Source: Trypanosoma brucei
Lineage: Eukaryota
Assembly (NCBI GenBank): GCA_000002445.1
Contig: CM000208.1
Location: forward strand, 64,001 to 128,000
Length of the DNA: 64,000 bases
Direction of reading: 5' to 3'
Shown here: piece after piece, positions 31,519 through 43,406 of the stretch
How the letters are laid out: each line of letters begins with the position of its first letter
Position numbering within the stretch: the stretch's first letter is position 1
Position numbers and translations under genes: made by a program
Notes under the pieces: generated by a model
Database searches by the model: none
Seen by the model: only the letters and a program-made list of their open reading frames with translations
What the model was told of the DNA's origin: nothing

Positions 31519-33057
31519 ATGATTTCCGTCTTGTCGCCCTCTGACTTCGAAAAGGCAAAAGAGTTCCGTGCCTTCTTGCGAAACCTCGGGCTATCGAAAT
31601 CTTTGGACCTTTTTTCGGAACAATGGGATGAACTCGTAAAACAGCAAAAGGAGATTACCACCAACGAGGAAAGGATGTCGGAACAGGATAAAGAAAAGTC
31701 TCAGAGGGTTTCAAGTGCAGGCTCTACGCCATCCGTAACAGCCGCTCGTGTGCTACGCGTGAAGCATCGTGTGGTGTCGGCAGTTGGTATAGAAGATGAT
31801 TTGTGGCAACCTGTTGGTCATGAGTTTCTCTCCCCCGCCTTCACTACAGGAGCTGGTATTTCGTTGGAAGCCTATGAGATGGCAAGGCAGAATGACGCTG
31901 TCACTTTGGTTTGTACAAACCCGTACTTTAAGGAACCACCACCATCTAATCTACCGCTGGAGCACTTTGATTTACGAGTGTGGTATGAAAGCGGTAAGAC
32001 GGGGTTTGAGGAAGAGAAGGAACTACCGATTTCGGTTGACTCCATAGTTGCTGGTCGGTATCAAATGCTCCAATACCTCGACTCCGCTGCCTTTTCCCGC
32101 ACTGTGCGCTGTATGGACTTACATGAGGATCGCGAAGTGTGCCTTAAAATCATACGGAACTCTAAGGACTTCTTTGATCAGAGTATAGACGAAATCAAGT
32201 TGCTCAAGTTGATCAATTCTTCGGGTGATACAGAGGAGAATTGTGTAGTCAAAATGTATGATTTCTTCTACTACAAGGAACACATGTGTATAGTTACAGA
32301 GCTTCTCCGCGATAACTTGTATCGGTTTAGCAAGTACAATCGTGACGAAGAGACGGAACTGTACTTTACACTACCCCGGCTTCAGGCCACCGCAAGACAG
32401 GTTCTTACGGGGTTGCGATTCTTGCATAGTCTTGGTCTGATACACTCCGACCTCAAACCAGAGAATATTCTTATCCAGTCGTACAGTCGGTGTGCAGTGA
32501 AAATAATTGATTTTGGGAGCAGTTGCTTTTTGACCGATAACCTCAGTTCCTACGTGCAGTCCCGTTGCTACCGGGCACCAGAGGTGATTCTTGGTTGTAA
32601 GTACGATAGCGGCATTGATATTTGGTCTTTGGGTGCCATTCTTGCTGAACTGGCGACGGGTAATGTGTTATTCGAAAATAACTCGATTCCGCAGATGTTG
32701 GCGTCTATTTGTAGCGTTTGCAACGAGTTGCCGTCGAAGCTTCTACACGAAGGTCGGAACACTCATCATTACGTTACCAAGTTTGGTGCGTTTTACGAGT
32801 ATTGCGAAAATATGGATCTTATATTCCATTACCCTGTTCAAGGTACGCCGCTGCCGGAACTTTTTGGCTACGATGATCCCTTATATGTTGACTTCGTACG
32901 CTCGTGCCTCACTTTAGACCACCGTCAGCGCCCTACGGCGGAAGAGCTTCTGAAACATCCCTTTATCCACAACGATTATGGAAGTGCATACAGTAAACCC
33001 CCACCTTTGAAGAAGCAGGTTGCCGATACAAATGGCATCAAAGACACGTCTATTTGA
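31519..33057 (+). CDS. DYRK/YAK-family dual-specificity protein kinase
   Basis: Kinase subdomains 'VCLKIIRN', 'HSDLKPENILI', 'IDFGSSCF', activation loop 'SSYVQSRCYRAPEVILG' (DYRK-like Y and SRxYRAPE), and 'DIWSLGAILAEL'. ATG at 31519. Confidence 0.85.
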   Translation: MISVLSPSDFEKAKEFRAFLRNLGLSKSLDLFSEQWDELVKQQKEITTNEERMSEQDKEKSQRVSSAGSTPSVTAARVLRVKHRVVSAVGIEDDLWQPVGHEFLSPAFTTGAGISLEAYEMARQNDAVTLVCTNPYFKEPPPSNLPLEHFDLRVWYESGKTGFEEEKELPISVDSIVAGRYQMLQYLDSAAFSRTVRCMDLHEDREVCLKIIRNSKDFFDQSIDEIKLLKLINSSGDTEENCVVKMYDFFYYKEHMCIVTELLRDNLYRFSKYNRDEETELYFTLPRLQATARQVLTGLRFLHSLGLIHSDLKPENILIQSYSRCAVKIIDFGSSCFLTDNLSSYVQSRCYRAPEVILGCKYDSGIDIWSLGAILAELATGNVLFENNSIPQMLASICSVCNELPSKLLHEGRNTHHYVTKFGAFYEYCENMDLIFHYPVQGTPLPELFGYDDPLYVDFVRSCLTLDHRQRPTAEELLKHPFIHNDYGSAYSKPPPLKKQVADTNGIKDTSI

Positions 33058-33458
33058 GTCACAATCAGTTGAGGTGGTTTGGGTGCCTAATAAATTCCAT
33101 AGAATAGCGCAATGCTCTCTCTCTCTCTATCCTTTTCGTTTCATTTTCCTCTGGATTTACATATTGATCTTTTGTCCTTCACCCCCTTTTTAGTGTTGTC
33201 GACATCTGTATTTGTGAGTCGATGCGTCTGAATCGCTTGATGCAGAACAGCAGCAACAACGAAAAATTCTCATTTTTTATCTTTTACCCTTGTGTTGATT
33301 TTTGTTTTGTTTCGTTTTGAGTGTTTGTGTTTGTGTTGAAGTCATGAAAGGAAATTGTTATTGGTAGTCTGAAACGTCATGAAATGAGAGAAACATATGA
33401 GGAAAGACATGTGTGCACACTTGCACTTGCTTCCTCATTCTGTTGGTGCCTCTCTCCG

Positions 33459-33489
<31 letters not shown>

Positions 33490-33590
33490 GAGATGTTTTT
33501 ACGCATTCGCCCGTACATTTTTACAACTGCTGCCCGCCTGTGCACTCATTTCTGTAGTTGATGATGGGAAAAAGAGAGGACGTGCGTATA

Positions 33591-33624
33591 TGTTTGTGTG
33601 TGTGCGTGTGTGTGTGTGTGTCGG
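33591..33624. repeat. (GT)n microsatellite
   Basis: 'gtgtgtgtgcgtgtgtgtgtgtgtgtc'. A (TA)n lies at about 33461-33489, and (GT)n at about 34058-34080, in the same intergenic region. Confidence 0.85.
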
Positions 33625-35382
33625 GGAAAGGATGTGAAAGGAGTGAAGAGGGTTAAAACTGATGTTAGAGAGGAAGTGAAAAGTTTCGTATTTCTCCCTC
33701 TTCTTTTCTGGTGTTGGATGGGTGTTTTACCCTCCTTTTTTTCAGTTGATTAATTTCTTTTGATGCGCAAGCAAACGACTCAGTGGTGTGTTGTGTTTCT
33801 GTCCTTGACCCACTTTAGCCTTCACCCCCAAAAAAGTCGTGTGGCCCACTGGCGCCGCTCTCTCTTTTTTTTTTTTCGTCTTGTGGCGAGGTGAGACAAT
33901 ACCGGTCAAACGAGGCGGGAGTCATGAGGAGAATAAATAGGTTTTGATGTATTTTTGCGATGTGTTTTGGGAGTGTGACTAAAACCTGTTTTGACGGCAT
34001 TTGCTCGCGTGCCTTCTATTAATTTAATGTTTGTATACATATGTATCTGCGTATATGTTTGTGTGTGTGTGTGTGTGTTTGAGAAAACATGTAATGTGAA
34101 ATCTCGTCTTTTTCTTTACTTTTACCCTTTACTTGTTTTTTGTTTTCCTCCTTGTATACCTTTCATAATCATGGTATTTATCTATAAACTTGTGTTCCGC
34201 GGAAGTTTCTCCATTGGGTAAAGGGGTGGATGGAGATATTTTGCTTTTCTGTGTGAACTCATGACAGTATGGAAGGAATTTTCAACCATGCTTTTGTTTT
34301 GTTTTACAGAGAGGGATCAAACGAGAAGAGGGGTGGAAATAATTCAACATGTGACGAAGAGGAGAGGGAGGTGACAAAAAGCAAGAAAACAAAACGGGAA
34401 ATATCGACGGTATGGTGGATTCTGCTCTTTTGGTTTCGCATGCATTTGCTACAAGAAGGTTGCAATACACATCTCTCTTTATTTCTCTCTCTTTCTTTCG
34501 TTTTCTTTATTCTCCTTCTGTGGTGATGGCGCAACTGCACAATTTGTGACGGTATTGAAGTGGAGGAACGGGTGGAGTGATGTGACGTGATGGAATAGGA
34601 ACGGGAAGGAATGATGGGGAGCCCCAAATGATAATATTGGTAACAATTCAGTTAACCATCCTTTCCAAGCTGATTTGGATTACTTGATTTCTTCTTTTCC
34701 TTTTTTAAATGTCCCTCTTTCTCATTTCTTCTCTTTTTTTTTTCTTCTTTTACCCAACTGTTGATTGCTTGCTGAGCTTTCCTTTTCCCCAAATGTAAGG
34801 GCATTTGATCCTTTTGTAAGCTGATATTTTAAGTGTCGTTATGCTTGGACTTGCAGTGGCAGTGTTGTTGTTATTGTTGTTATTGTTGCTCATGAAAAGC
34901 AACGGATAGAAGGCAGTCGCGTGTACCCCCTGTTACTACTACCGCTGCAGTTACGTGTGGCCCCCTCCGAGTTTGACTTAATATTACAGTGTCAATGACT
35001 CAAAAAAAAAATAATAATATAAAAATTATATATATATGATAATGAAAATAATGCGGCGCTTCTAACCTGTTTCATCTTCCACATTTTCTTTCTGTCCCAT
35101 TTTTTTTCCTCTTCTCTTATTGTTGTAAACGTTACTTTCGAGGAATTTGTTTCGTTTGAGGTTATCGCCTATTTTGGCTAGTGGTAACCTCCATCGCAAC
35201 TGTGACTTAGTCATAACACTGCACTCAAGAAAGTAAAAGAGCATAAAGTAGAGAGCAGGAAAATAGACTGATTAGAAAAAGGTGGGCACAGGAGGAAGTA
35301 TCAAAATATTTGATTCCTCTACACTGTGTAGTTTCATATCTAATTTGCCATTTGAGTGTGGTGCCACACAACTTACTTTATT

Positions 35383-36294
35383 ATGTTTAGTCAGAAGCCG
35401 CCACCACCGCGTTACGTTCTCAACGTTGACACGGGTAAATGGAGCAAACAGGTTGTGGTACCTGAAACCAAACCCAAAGAGTCGATGCCAAATATTCAAA
35501 GCACACTTGACCTTCTGCTCTACCACGCCATGCACACCGCCAAAACCCAGTTGGAGGAAGAGGGAAAACGGACTCGAGTGGTGCCCGATGTTGCAGGTCA
35601 GATTGCAACTTTTGAGGCTCGTCACAACATTCACGCAAATGCACTGCGCTCCTTCTCTCTTTCCAGACGAGGTGGTTGCTGTTCAAATCCTGTTGTTGGA
35701 CTTCTTTGCGGTATTCCACTGTACGATGTCTATACTGCGCTCACTAAAAGAAAAGGGGAGGAATGGGATACGTATGGAGGGGAGCCCGACCCAAATAAAC
35801 TCCTGCGTTTAAGTTTAGATGAACTGTTTGATGTATGCACGAGCCTGGTAAAACCAATGGTAAACTATAGTTATGTTCGAGACATGTTTACCATGCTTCC
35901 ATCTGATGGTGAGGATGATGACAACAGCGTACCTCTATCGTGTTTTTTTTCGTTCCTCGTAGAAAACGCATTTCATCCAACGTTGAACCGAAACGTGGAA
36001 GCATTGTTCCGTGCATTTGACCCCGAGGGTACCGGAGTCATATCCGAGGCTACACTTGCTTCTCCTGTGCTCAACGCTTTTGCAGAACTGAATCTTTTTG
36101 GACATTTGCGCGGGGAATGGGAAAGGATGGCTTCAACGCTGGAGATTGTGGGAAATATTGATTACCGCATCGTAGACAATATTCGGCTTCTTACGCCGGA
36201 GGCCACTCGTGCGGTTTTGTGTAGTTCCCCCATTTTGTATGACGCGATGGAAAATGTCGATTTAGACGGCTCTAAGCTTAAGGTGTCTTCGTGA
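35383..36294 (+). CDS. Hypothetical protein (303 aa) with a possible degenerate EF-hand
   Basis: ORF with ATG at 35383 (track start is GTG 35356). 'FRAFDPEGTGVISEATL' resembles an EF-hand loop. No other motif. Confidence 0.5.
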   Translation: MFSQKPPPPRYVLNVDTGKWSKQVVVPETKPKESMPNIQSTLDLLLYHAMHTAKTQLEEEGKRTRVVPDVAGQIATFEARHNIHANALRSFSLSRRGGCCSNPVVGLLCGIPLYDVYTALTKRKGEEWDTYGGEPDPNKLLRLSLDELFDVCTSLVKPMVNYSYVRDMFTMLPSDGEDDDNSVPLSCFFSFLVENAFHPTLNRNVEALFRAFDPEGTGVISEATLASPVLNAFAELNLFGHLRGEWERMASTLEIVGNIDYRIVDNIRLLTPEATRAVLCSSPILYDAMENVDLDGSKLKVSS

Positions 36295-36835
36295 GTTATT
36301 GCAAGTTACGCAGCCCTTGTGCATCAATATCTTGTGGTAAAAGAAAGGGGAGGGGAACTCGTGTAGCGATATCTCGCATTTCATTCACCTTTTGTTTCTT
36401 GCCAGTTATGCCTGTGCCGTGTTCTCGCTTCCTGTTGGATTTGTTGTGTTTGCACTTATATCCTACCCTTCTGGCGTCGTCTTTGTTCGTTAGTGGGTAC
36501 TGTTGGCAAGGGAATGTTTGCAGTTGTAATGTATGTGTTATGTCGTAATGTGAAATGTTTACTTCTCCCGCTCGTGGGGTAATAAAATTTCAAGTTCCCT
36601 CTATTTCAATTGCGTGATAGCCTCGTGCTTGCGAGCCGATGTTCGTTGAACTAAGGGAAAAAACATCCCCACAATGGCGTATCTTCTCTACCTCGTACTT
36701 TTCCCTTTTCCTCTATTCTTTGGGGTTGTATTACATGTCACTTTTCTCCCACGGGTGCATGTATGTGCATAATATAGAAAAAAAAACTGTATTTTAAAAA
36801 AAGAGAAAAAAATTGAGAGTGGCTGGAGGAGCGGG

Positions 36836-37375
36836 ATGGAAGTTGCTGCGGTTGCGAGTGCTCCCTCGGCTGAGGAAGTGAGCGAACTGAGGAAGCATAC
36901 GCGTCTGTCAGAGGCTCAAATCACTCGACTGCATGAGCGTTTCACGGCACTTGACCGGTGTGGAAAAGGTTTGATTTCCCCGAGTGATTTTCAGTCAATA
37001 GCATCCGTGGCGTCCAACCCTCTTCTTAGTCGAGTGCTTACTGTGGTTAGCAGTAGTGGTGATGGAAACATTAGTTTTGTTGATTTTGCGAAGGCATTCG
37101 CTGTTTTTCTCCCACAGACCGATAGGCAGGAAAAGCTGCGCTTTACGTATATGATGTATGATATCGACGGTGATGGCAAAATCAGTAACAGCGATCTCAT
37201 GGAGGCTCTCAAAATGATGGTAGGCCCGAACTTAACAGATGTGCAGCTGCAACAGATAGTAGACAAAACATTTATTGAGGTGGACTTCAACCGGGACGGT
37301 TTTATCACGTTTAGTGATTTTGAGAAGCTTTCACTTCCCATCAGTCTGGATAATGCCCATGTTCTGCAGTTTTAA
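36836..37375 (+). CDS. CNB: Calcineurin B-like EF-hand regulatory subunit
   Basis: '[67 protein letters not shown]' is near-identical in pattern to calcineurin B EF3/EF4 ('[46 protein letters not shown]'). ATG verified at 36836. Confidence 0.85.
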   Translation: [179 protein letters not shown]

Positions 37376-37983
37376 ACAAATGGAAGCGTGTGGTATCACA
37401 TGAACCTGACATAACCTAATGCAAATAATTTACACGCATATGTAAAAGGCCGCGGTTTATGTGGTGTTTGTGCCTGCGGGTTCCATTATCCCCCCCGCGC
37501 TTCACACCCTTGGGGGGGGGGGGAATGAAAGTTTTGTGTTGCATTTGCTGCCCAGTAGCAGCTGTTGGTGCATTTCCTTAGCTCGCCTGTGCACCGTGGT
37601 CAGATATGCGCTGAAAGACCTGGAAAGTTTTTGCTGGGGAGGGGTGTTAGACGTGTGGAATATCTATGTGTCAAGGGCCGGATGAACGTTTCCTTTTACT
37701 TTTTCGTTTTCCTCCGTCGTTTATCATCCCTAATCCCATTTTGCTCGTTTTATTCGTCTTACCCCCCTCTCTCTATTTGCGTACCTTTGAAACTGTGTCG
37801 TCGCGCAGCATTTTTGTTTCTTCTGCTCCTCTTTTTTTTTTTCTTTTGGCCCGTTCCCCTTCTTTTTATGTAATTTACAACGGTTTGTTTTCTGTTTTCT
37901 TCTAATTTTGATTATTATTATTCACTTTGGTTATTTTGCATACGCACTGTGGCGAGAGGAGTCTTTGAAGTGGAAATACTACT

Positions 37984-39012
37984 ATGCTCCGCCGTAGTGA
38001 TTTACTGCTGAAAAAGGGTTGGACTCATAATCCCGGTCGTACACGCCGTGGTGGGAAAAATCTCGCGTGGCGCCCAAAAATGTCGGAACGTACGCTCGAG
38101 CAGTTTGTTCCACTTCACCTCGCATTCCCTCGAAGGCACCCAAACAGTTGGCAAGAGAGGCAGTTCCACCTCCTCGGTTACGTCAAATGGCCAAAAGAAA
38201 TTGGTTTCTACAATGCTGGTGATAACTTTGAGCTTACACCACAAGCAGCATATCGTATTTACAAACAAAACTGCGACGAGACCTTTTGGACGAGGTTGCA
38301 TAATGAAAAGACAATTATTCATTTACTTCCACTGGTCGAGCAGGATCCTGGGACCAACATGGTGCTCGTTGATGATATTTTTCGTCACCACCTTAAGCGT
38401 TTTGGTGCCGATCATTATATTTACAACGCGGTGATGCAAGCGGCTGCATTTGCAAAAGATTTCCCCCGCTGCGAGCAATTATTAGCAGAGATGCGCGGCC
38501 TTGGCCTTGAGCCAAACGCACAATCTTACGTCAACATGATGTTGGGTGCGCGCCTTACAGGAAAACCTCGGGATCAGGCGGAGGCTTTTTTCCGTGAAGG
38601 TATCAAAACAGGTGCCATTAGTGCTGTAATGCGTCTCGACACTGAATTTCAAATGTGGATGGACCAATTGGAGCGACTCGGTTCCTTCAAAGCGAAGGTC
38701 GGATACCTGTCAGTTAATGAGGAAGGCGCTTCTCCGATGCCTCGTGACATGTGGGCATTATGGGGTTGGCATCGTACCGAGGCGAAATTTATTAGTCGTA
38801 AGCAGATGATTTCTGAGCAGGTACAAAACCGTGTGAGGAGTGGCAAAGAGTTGGTGGGAACAGTTTATCAAAAAGCTCGTCGGCAGCCATGGGCAAAATA
38901 TAATGGGATGTTTCCGTATGATTACAACGGCCCTGCACAAAGACCCGCGGCTTCCTTCGTGGACGCTCCAACTCCAACACATAACGCAGAGGTTTGTGGA
39001 ACTGCATATTAG
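37984..39012 (+). CDS. Pentatricopeptide-repeat (PPR) protein, probably mitochondrial
   Basis: PPR-like helical repeats 'YIYNAVMQAAAFAKDFPRCEQLLAEMRGLGLEPNAQSYVNMMLGARLTG'. Basic N-terminus 'MLRRSDLLLKKGW' is consistent with a mitochondrial presequence. ATG verified at 37984. Confidence 0.65.
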   Translation: MLRRSDLLLKKGWTHNPGRTRRGGKNLAWRPKMSERTLEQFVPLHLAFPRRHPNSWQERQFHLLGYVKWPKEIGFYNAGDNFELTPQAAYRIYKQNCDETFWTRLHNEKTIIHLLPLVEQDPGTNMVLVDDIFRHHLKRFGADHYIYNAVMQAAAFAKDFPRCEQLLAEMRGLGLEPNAQSYVNMMLGARLTGKPRDQAEAFFREGIKTGAISAVMRLDTEFQMWMDQLERLGSFKAKVGYLSVNEEGASPMPRDMWALWGWHRTEAKFISRKQMISEQVQNRVRSGKELVGTVYQKARRQPWAKYNGMFPYDYNGPAQRPAASFVDAPTPTHNAEVCGTAY

Positions 39013-39548
39013 TGAGGTGTGTTTGCTCTCTTACGGAGGGAAGGGGGGGGGGGGTTTCATGGGACGTTTTAACCAGGCGGTAGCGTTTTAGTTTGGAAGG
39101 ATGCGAAATGGCAATGTGCTACAGCTCCTAAGGTTATATTTTGTGCATGGATGTGCAATCTTGTGCCGTGTTTGGTCCCTTGGATTTCTTCTCTTTTTGG
39201 TTGGTGGTATCGTTGCATGGACACATGCGCTTTTACTTTTTTTGTTACCTTCAGTGCACGTAATGTACGTGGTCGATTCGCTTAAGCCATCCGCATGCGA
39301 ATATGTATTATTGACTTACTGTTGTTTACCCTTCCTCTGGTTGCAAGATAATACTGTCAAAAGCTGCACGCTGCTGTACCGTAAGCAATAGTGCTTTAGG
39401 AGGGCCGGTAAAAAGCAAAAAAAACAAAAAAAAACAGTCCGTTATATATATAGAGAGAGGGAGAGGGGGAGAGAGAAATATAAAAAAGAAATATTGAAGC
39501 ACTCATTTACCTTACGGAGTTACACACATCAAAGTTCAAGGAAACGAC

Positions 39549-39998
39549 ATGTCCGTGCGCATTCGCTTTATTCTTACAGGCGCCTGTCCTCCGTCCTACT
39601 CTGGCAAGCAGGTTCAACTTAACTTCCCTCTTGAGGATGAAAATGGGGCACCCACAACAACAGCTCACCTAAAGCAATTGATTCGTACGCAGTGGCCAGA
39701 AAATATGTCAGAAATGAAAGAAGTTGTTGAGAAAACTGAAATGAGAGTCCTTAAAACTGGAAACCTCCTCTCAGATGATACCCAAATTCGCTCTGTCCTG
39801 ACGGCTACAGAATTAAGCGAGTGTAGCATTAACCCAAGTGCTGAAGGGAGCGGCCGAGCAGATGAGGATCAGAAATCAGTTCTGATGCATCTAGTTTTTC
39901 AGAGCAATCAAAGTCAAGGCAGACAAAGAGATGGCAGCGCAGGTGGAGGAAGGCGTGATAATGCTTCCCATGATAGTGGTTGTTGCACCATGCTGTAG
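39549..39998 (+). CDS. Membrane-anchored ubiquitin-fold (MUB) protein with C-terminal CaaX box
   Basis: Aligns with plant/animal MUBs: 'IRFILTG' vs 'IKFRLTDG'; 'TTTAHLKQLIRTQWPEN' vs 'TTVSALKETVISEWPRE'; 'VLMHLVFQ' vs 'TMHVIIQ'. Ends 'CCTML*', a CaaX prenylation motif with an adjacent Cys. ATG verified at 39549. Confidence 0.75.
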   Translation: MSVRIRFILTGACPPSYSGKQVQLNFPLEDENGAPTTTAHLKQLIRTQWPENMSEMKEVVEKTEMRVLKTGNLLSDDTQIRSVLTATELSECSINPSAEGSGRADEDQKSVLMHLVFQSNQSQGRQRDGSAGGGRRDNASHDSGCCTML

Positions 39999-40118
39999 AA
40001 AATATGCTCAGATGGTTCATTGCTTTTTTTTTGTTTGTCCCCTCCTCTTCCATCGTCATCCGTCTCTTCTTTTCCTTTGCGCTTCTCTCCTTTTCTTCTC
40101 TTTACTTGCTTGTTTTTC

Positions 40119-40149
<31 letters not shown>

Positions 40150-40150
40150 C
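40119..40150. repeat. (TA)n microsatellite
   Basis: 'atatatacatatatatatatatatatatac' in the MUB 3' intergenic region. Confidence 0.85.
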
Positions 40151-41721
40151 CATCTCTCCAAATATGTTACCATCACCATTACGTTTTAATGGGTTGTAAC
40201 AAACTTCCTGCACAGGTGATTAGGGTTTAACTCTATATTTCATAAGGTGTGCGGGAGTACTAAAGGAAAAAAAAAGTAACAATAGTGGAGAAATGGCGCC
40301 CTGTCACTCATGGATAATATTAAAGTGAGTGTTTCATTGTTTTGTCCCTCTTTCCTCTGTGTGTGTTTGTGAATGGGTGTCAGTAAAGAAAAGAAAAGGA
40401 AGAGGGAAAGGATGCGGAACAATTACAGAAATGAAAATGGGCACGTCCGCACTGGCACAGAAAAAAAAAGCGAGAGGAAATGTGTGAAGTGAAAATATCA
40501 AGAGGAAACACACATAAACAAAAGAAAAGAGCAGGGGGACGGGGGGGGAAGAAAAGAAGAACTGTTGAAGCTCAACGGAATCAGCTAAGGTGAAAAGAGT
40601 GCGTGAGGTGAAAGTGTGGAGAAAAAGTTTATTTCTGCATATGTGTGTACATATTCTGTAGAGAAGGGGATGTTACCATCACCTCCCGGCATTTCATTCC
40701 CCCCAAATATTGCATACAGCTTTACTGCTTTACTGCTTTCTTTCTTTTTTTTTTATATATTGTTGATTGTATCTTTTTCCACACCCGTGGTTTGTTTTGG
40801 CAGTATTTTACAATACCTGTGGGAGCTTCTTTTGCGCCACCACGGTGACATATTTCGCCTTTGTTCGTACTATTTTTGTTTCGTCCTTTTGTGATTAATA
40901 CTCTGCTGCTTCTGAATGTTGAGTGGGAGATGAAATTTGTACTCACCGTGTGGGTTTGTCTACGCATACGTGTTTATGTTTGTGTTTGTTTTAGAGAAAA
41001 GAAGGAGGAAAAAATACATTGAAGTTCTTATATGTGTATGAACGTGTTTGGGAACCTTTCGACACCGCCACTATTTCCCAGTTTCCTTCTTCCTTTTCTT
41101 TTCTTTCTTTTTTTTTTTTAAACCTCATCGAGCGAATTGGTGCACATGCGAATTCGTATATCTGTTTCTGCTGCCTCGTTATGCGATTTTACGTAGGGGA
41201 ATTATGTACGGTGAAAGTGTGATGAAGGGAAGGTCTATGGGGCTGAGGAGGAAAAGAAAAAGGAAGAGAAATCAAGATGACTACACAACACTCTTTTCCA
41301 ATGCTGTTTTTTTTTTTTGAAGTATGTGTATGTGTATGTGTAAGTGTGTGTGCGCGTATATCTTATTGTGACGAATTTGTATGCGCAGAAACCCTTCCAT
41401 ACGCAATATTTAATCCATTCTCTCTCATTGCTATGTTCTCGTGTTTAGTCGTGAACTTTAGGTACTTGTATTTCATATGTGTGTGCTTGCCTTTGTGCAT
41501 GTTTTATGCAGTGTGGTATATTTTGTAGCTGTGAACATACTTGTAGTTTCTTTCCTTCTCACTTTTATATATATATATATTTTTAGTTCTGTTGACAATA
41601 CCACTAAAAAGGGGAGTGTGGGAGTGTGAAGTAGGTTAAGGTAGTGAAAAAAGGAAGTAAAACATAAAAATCCCGCTGGCTCCCCTCTTTTCCCCCTCTT
41701 TTGCTCATCCGCTTCATTGAG

Positions 41722-42201
41722 ATGTTGGAGTCTTTTGAATTTGATCAGGAACGAAAGGAGGCGTTAAACACAGTGGCGGAGCTAATCGCTTCAACTATTG
41801 AGGGAGCTGAGTCACAAGATGTTCACGATGTACTTTCGTCATCCCTTCATTTGCCTCATAACTGGCAGGAAATTGTTCAGAAAAGGGCTGAGCAAAGGCG
41901 TAAACTCAGTGCTACTTTTACTTTATTTTGTGAAGAAACAATTGCCACCCCGTCAACGGATGGAAATGCCGCTCTGGATATTAGTGAAGCGCCCGCAACA
42001 TGTTTCTTACCGGAGTTACGACCCAAAACAATGCCACCCGTTACAACTTCAGCGACACGCGGGTTTGAGTGTCCCAGTTGTGGAAATCATTGGGATGTTG
42101 TTGACGCCCGTAAATCACTGCGCAATAGCAACACATCTTCTGCTGTGCGAGAGTTAAGTAATGCTGATGTTGGATTTTGCCCAGTGTGTGAAGATATTTA
42201 G
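41722..42201 (+). CDS. Hypothetical protein with a C-terminal Cys4 zinc-ribbon-like motif
   Basis: ATG at 41722 (track start is TTG 41701). 'CPSCGNHWDVVD...x23...CPVCEDI' is a CxxC...CxxC pair. Confidence 0.5.
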   Translation: MLESFEFDQERKEALNTVAELIASTIEGAESQDVHDVLSSSLHLPHNWQEIVQKRAEQRRKLSATFTLFCEETIATPSTDGNAALDISEAPATCFLPELRPKTMPPVTTSATRGFECPSCGNHWDVVDARKSLRNSNTSSAVRELSNADVGFCPVCEDI

Positions 42202-43189
42202 TTAAGTGTAGTCATATCAGTTGGTTCCTTTCCCCCATTTCAATACATTCCTTTTCTTTTCTTTTTCACTTTTCCCCCTTTAAAGAGAGAAAGAGAGAGC
42301 GGGATGGAGGGAGCGAAATATTCTTTTTTTTTTTAAAAAAAAAGAAGATGATCAACAATTCTTGCTGAAGTGGGGGCAGTGAGAACATGTGTATGTATGT
42401 GTTTTGTCTGGGGAGAGTTTATCATATGAGAGCAGTTAATTATGTTAAGGCAACAATTTTCAATGCCAATATCAGATCATGAGTGAACGACAGCGGGCTC
42501 TACATAATTACTGCGTTACCAACATATGACATACACCTACAATGGCGTGTATGGTTATAAGTTTTTTTTTTTTCATGGAGCAATTGTGTGTATTATTATA
42601 GAACACAATGCAAAGAAGATATTATAAGATTCTCTGTGGTTCCTCCTTTTCTACCGTTTTTTTTAAATTGTTTTCTAACGCTAATGCCACGTCCAACAAT
42701 ATCATTCTTCAGACGATACGCCCTGATCGAAAAAGAGGAGTAAGAAGGTGGTGGAGTTTTTTTTTTTAAAAACTTGTTGGAAGCCAGTGGTGGATGCTGC
42801 GGTTTACAACTATGATTTGTTTTAGACGCATTGCCGCGTGATCCGTTTGTGCGTCTTTGACACTTGGTGTTGGAGTCCTTCAGCGCTTCATTGGCGGTTT
42901 CGCCTTCAAACATAAACGTACGAATATATTTATATTTATATATATGCACATATACGTTCACACATATAGATATGTAGAGATAAATATGTTTTAATGATCA
43001 AGTCACATGTGTGGGGAATGAAGGTGCACATATTTGACTTATATTATGCTTGCATGAAACTCCTCACGTTGAACCATCTCAGTGGTGCCGTGGTGAGGGA
43101 ATGCTGTGCATTGATCAATCAAAGTTTCTGATTGGTGCTTACCACCACTTTCTTGAGTAAACAACGTTTGGTATTCTTTTTTTTTAAAT

Positions 43190-43360
43190 ATTGTAATCCT
43201 CTTGGATATTTTCTCTTTTCTTTCCTGTTTTTTTTTCTTGTCCTCACTTTGTAGGTTAGTGGAAGATTTTCGTCCACTTTTCCACGTGTACGGCGATTCT
43301 TTGCTGTTATTGTTATTGTTGTTGCTTTCTTTCTTTTTTTCTTTCTTCTGCCAAAACCTT
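43190..43360 (+). promoter_or_regulatory. Extended CT-rich polypyrimidine region upstream of the F-box/TM gene
   Basis: 'tctcttttctttcctgtttttttttcttgtcctcac...ttgttgctttctttctttttttctttcttctgcc' lies 5' of ATG 43407. Confidence 0.45.
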
Positions 43361-43406
43361 CTGGCCATTGTTGATTTGGACGCGGCCACGAGGTGGTGTC
43401 GGCCGC

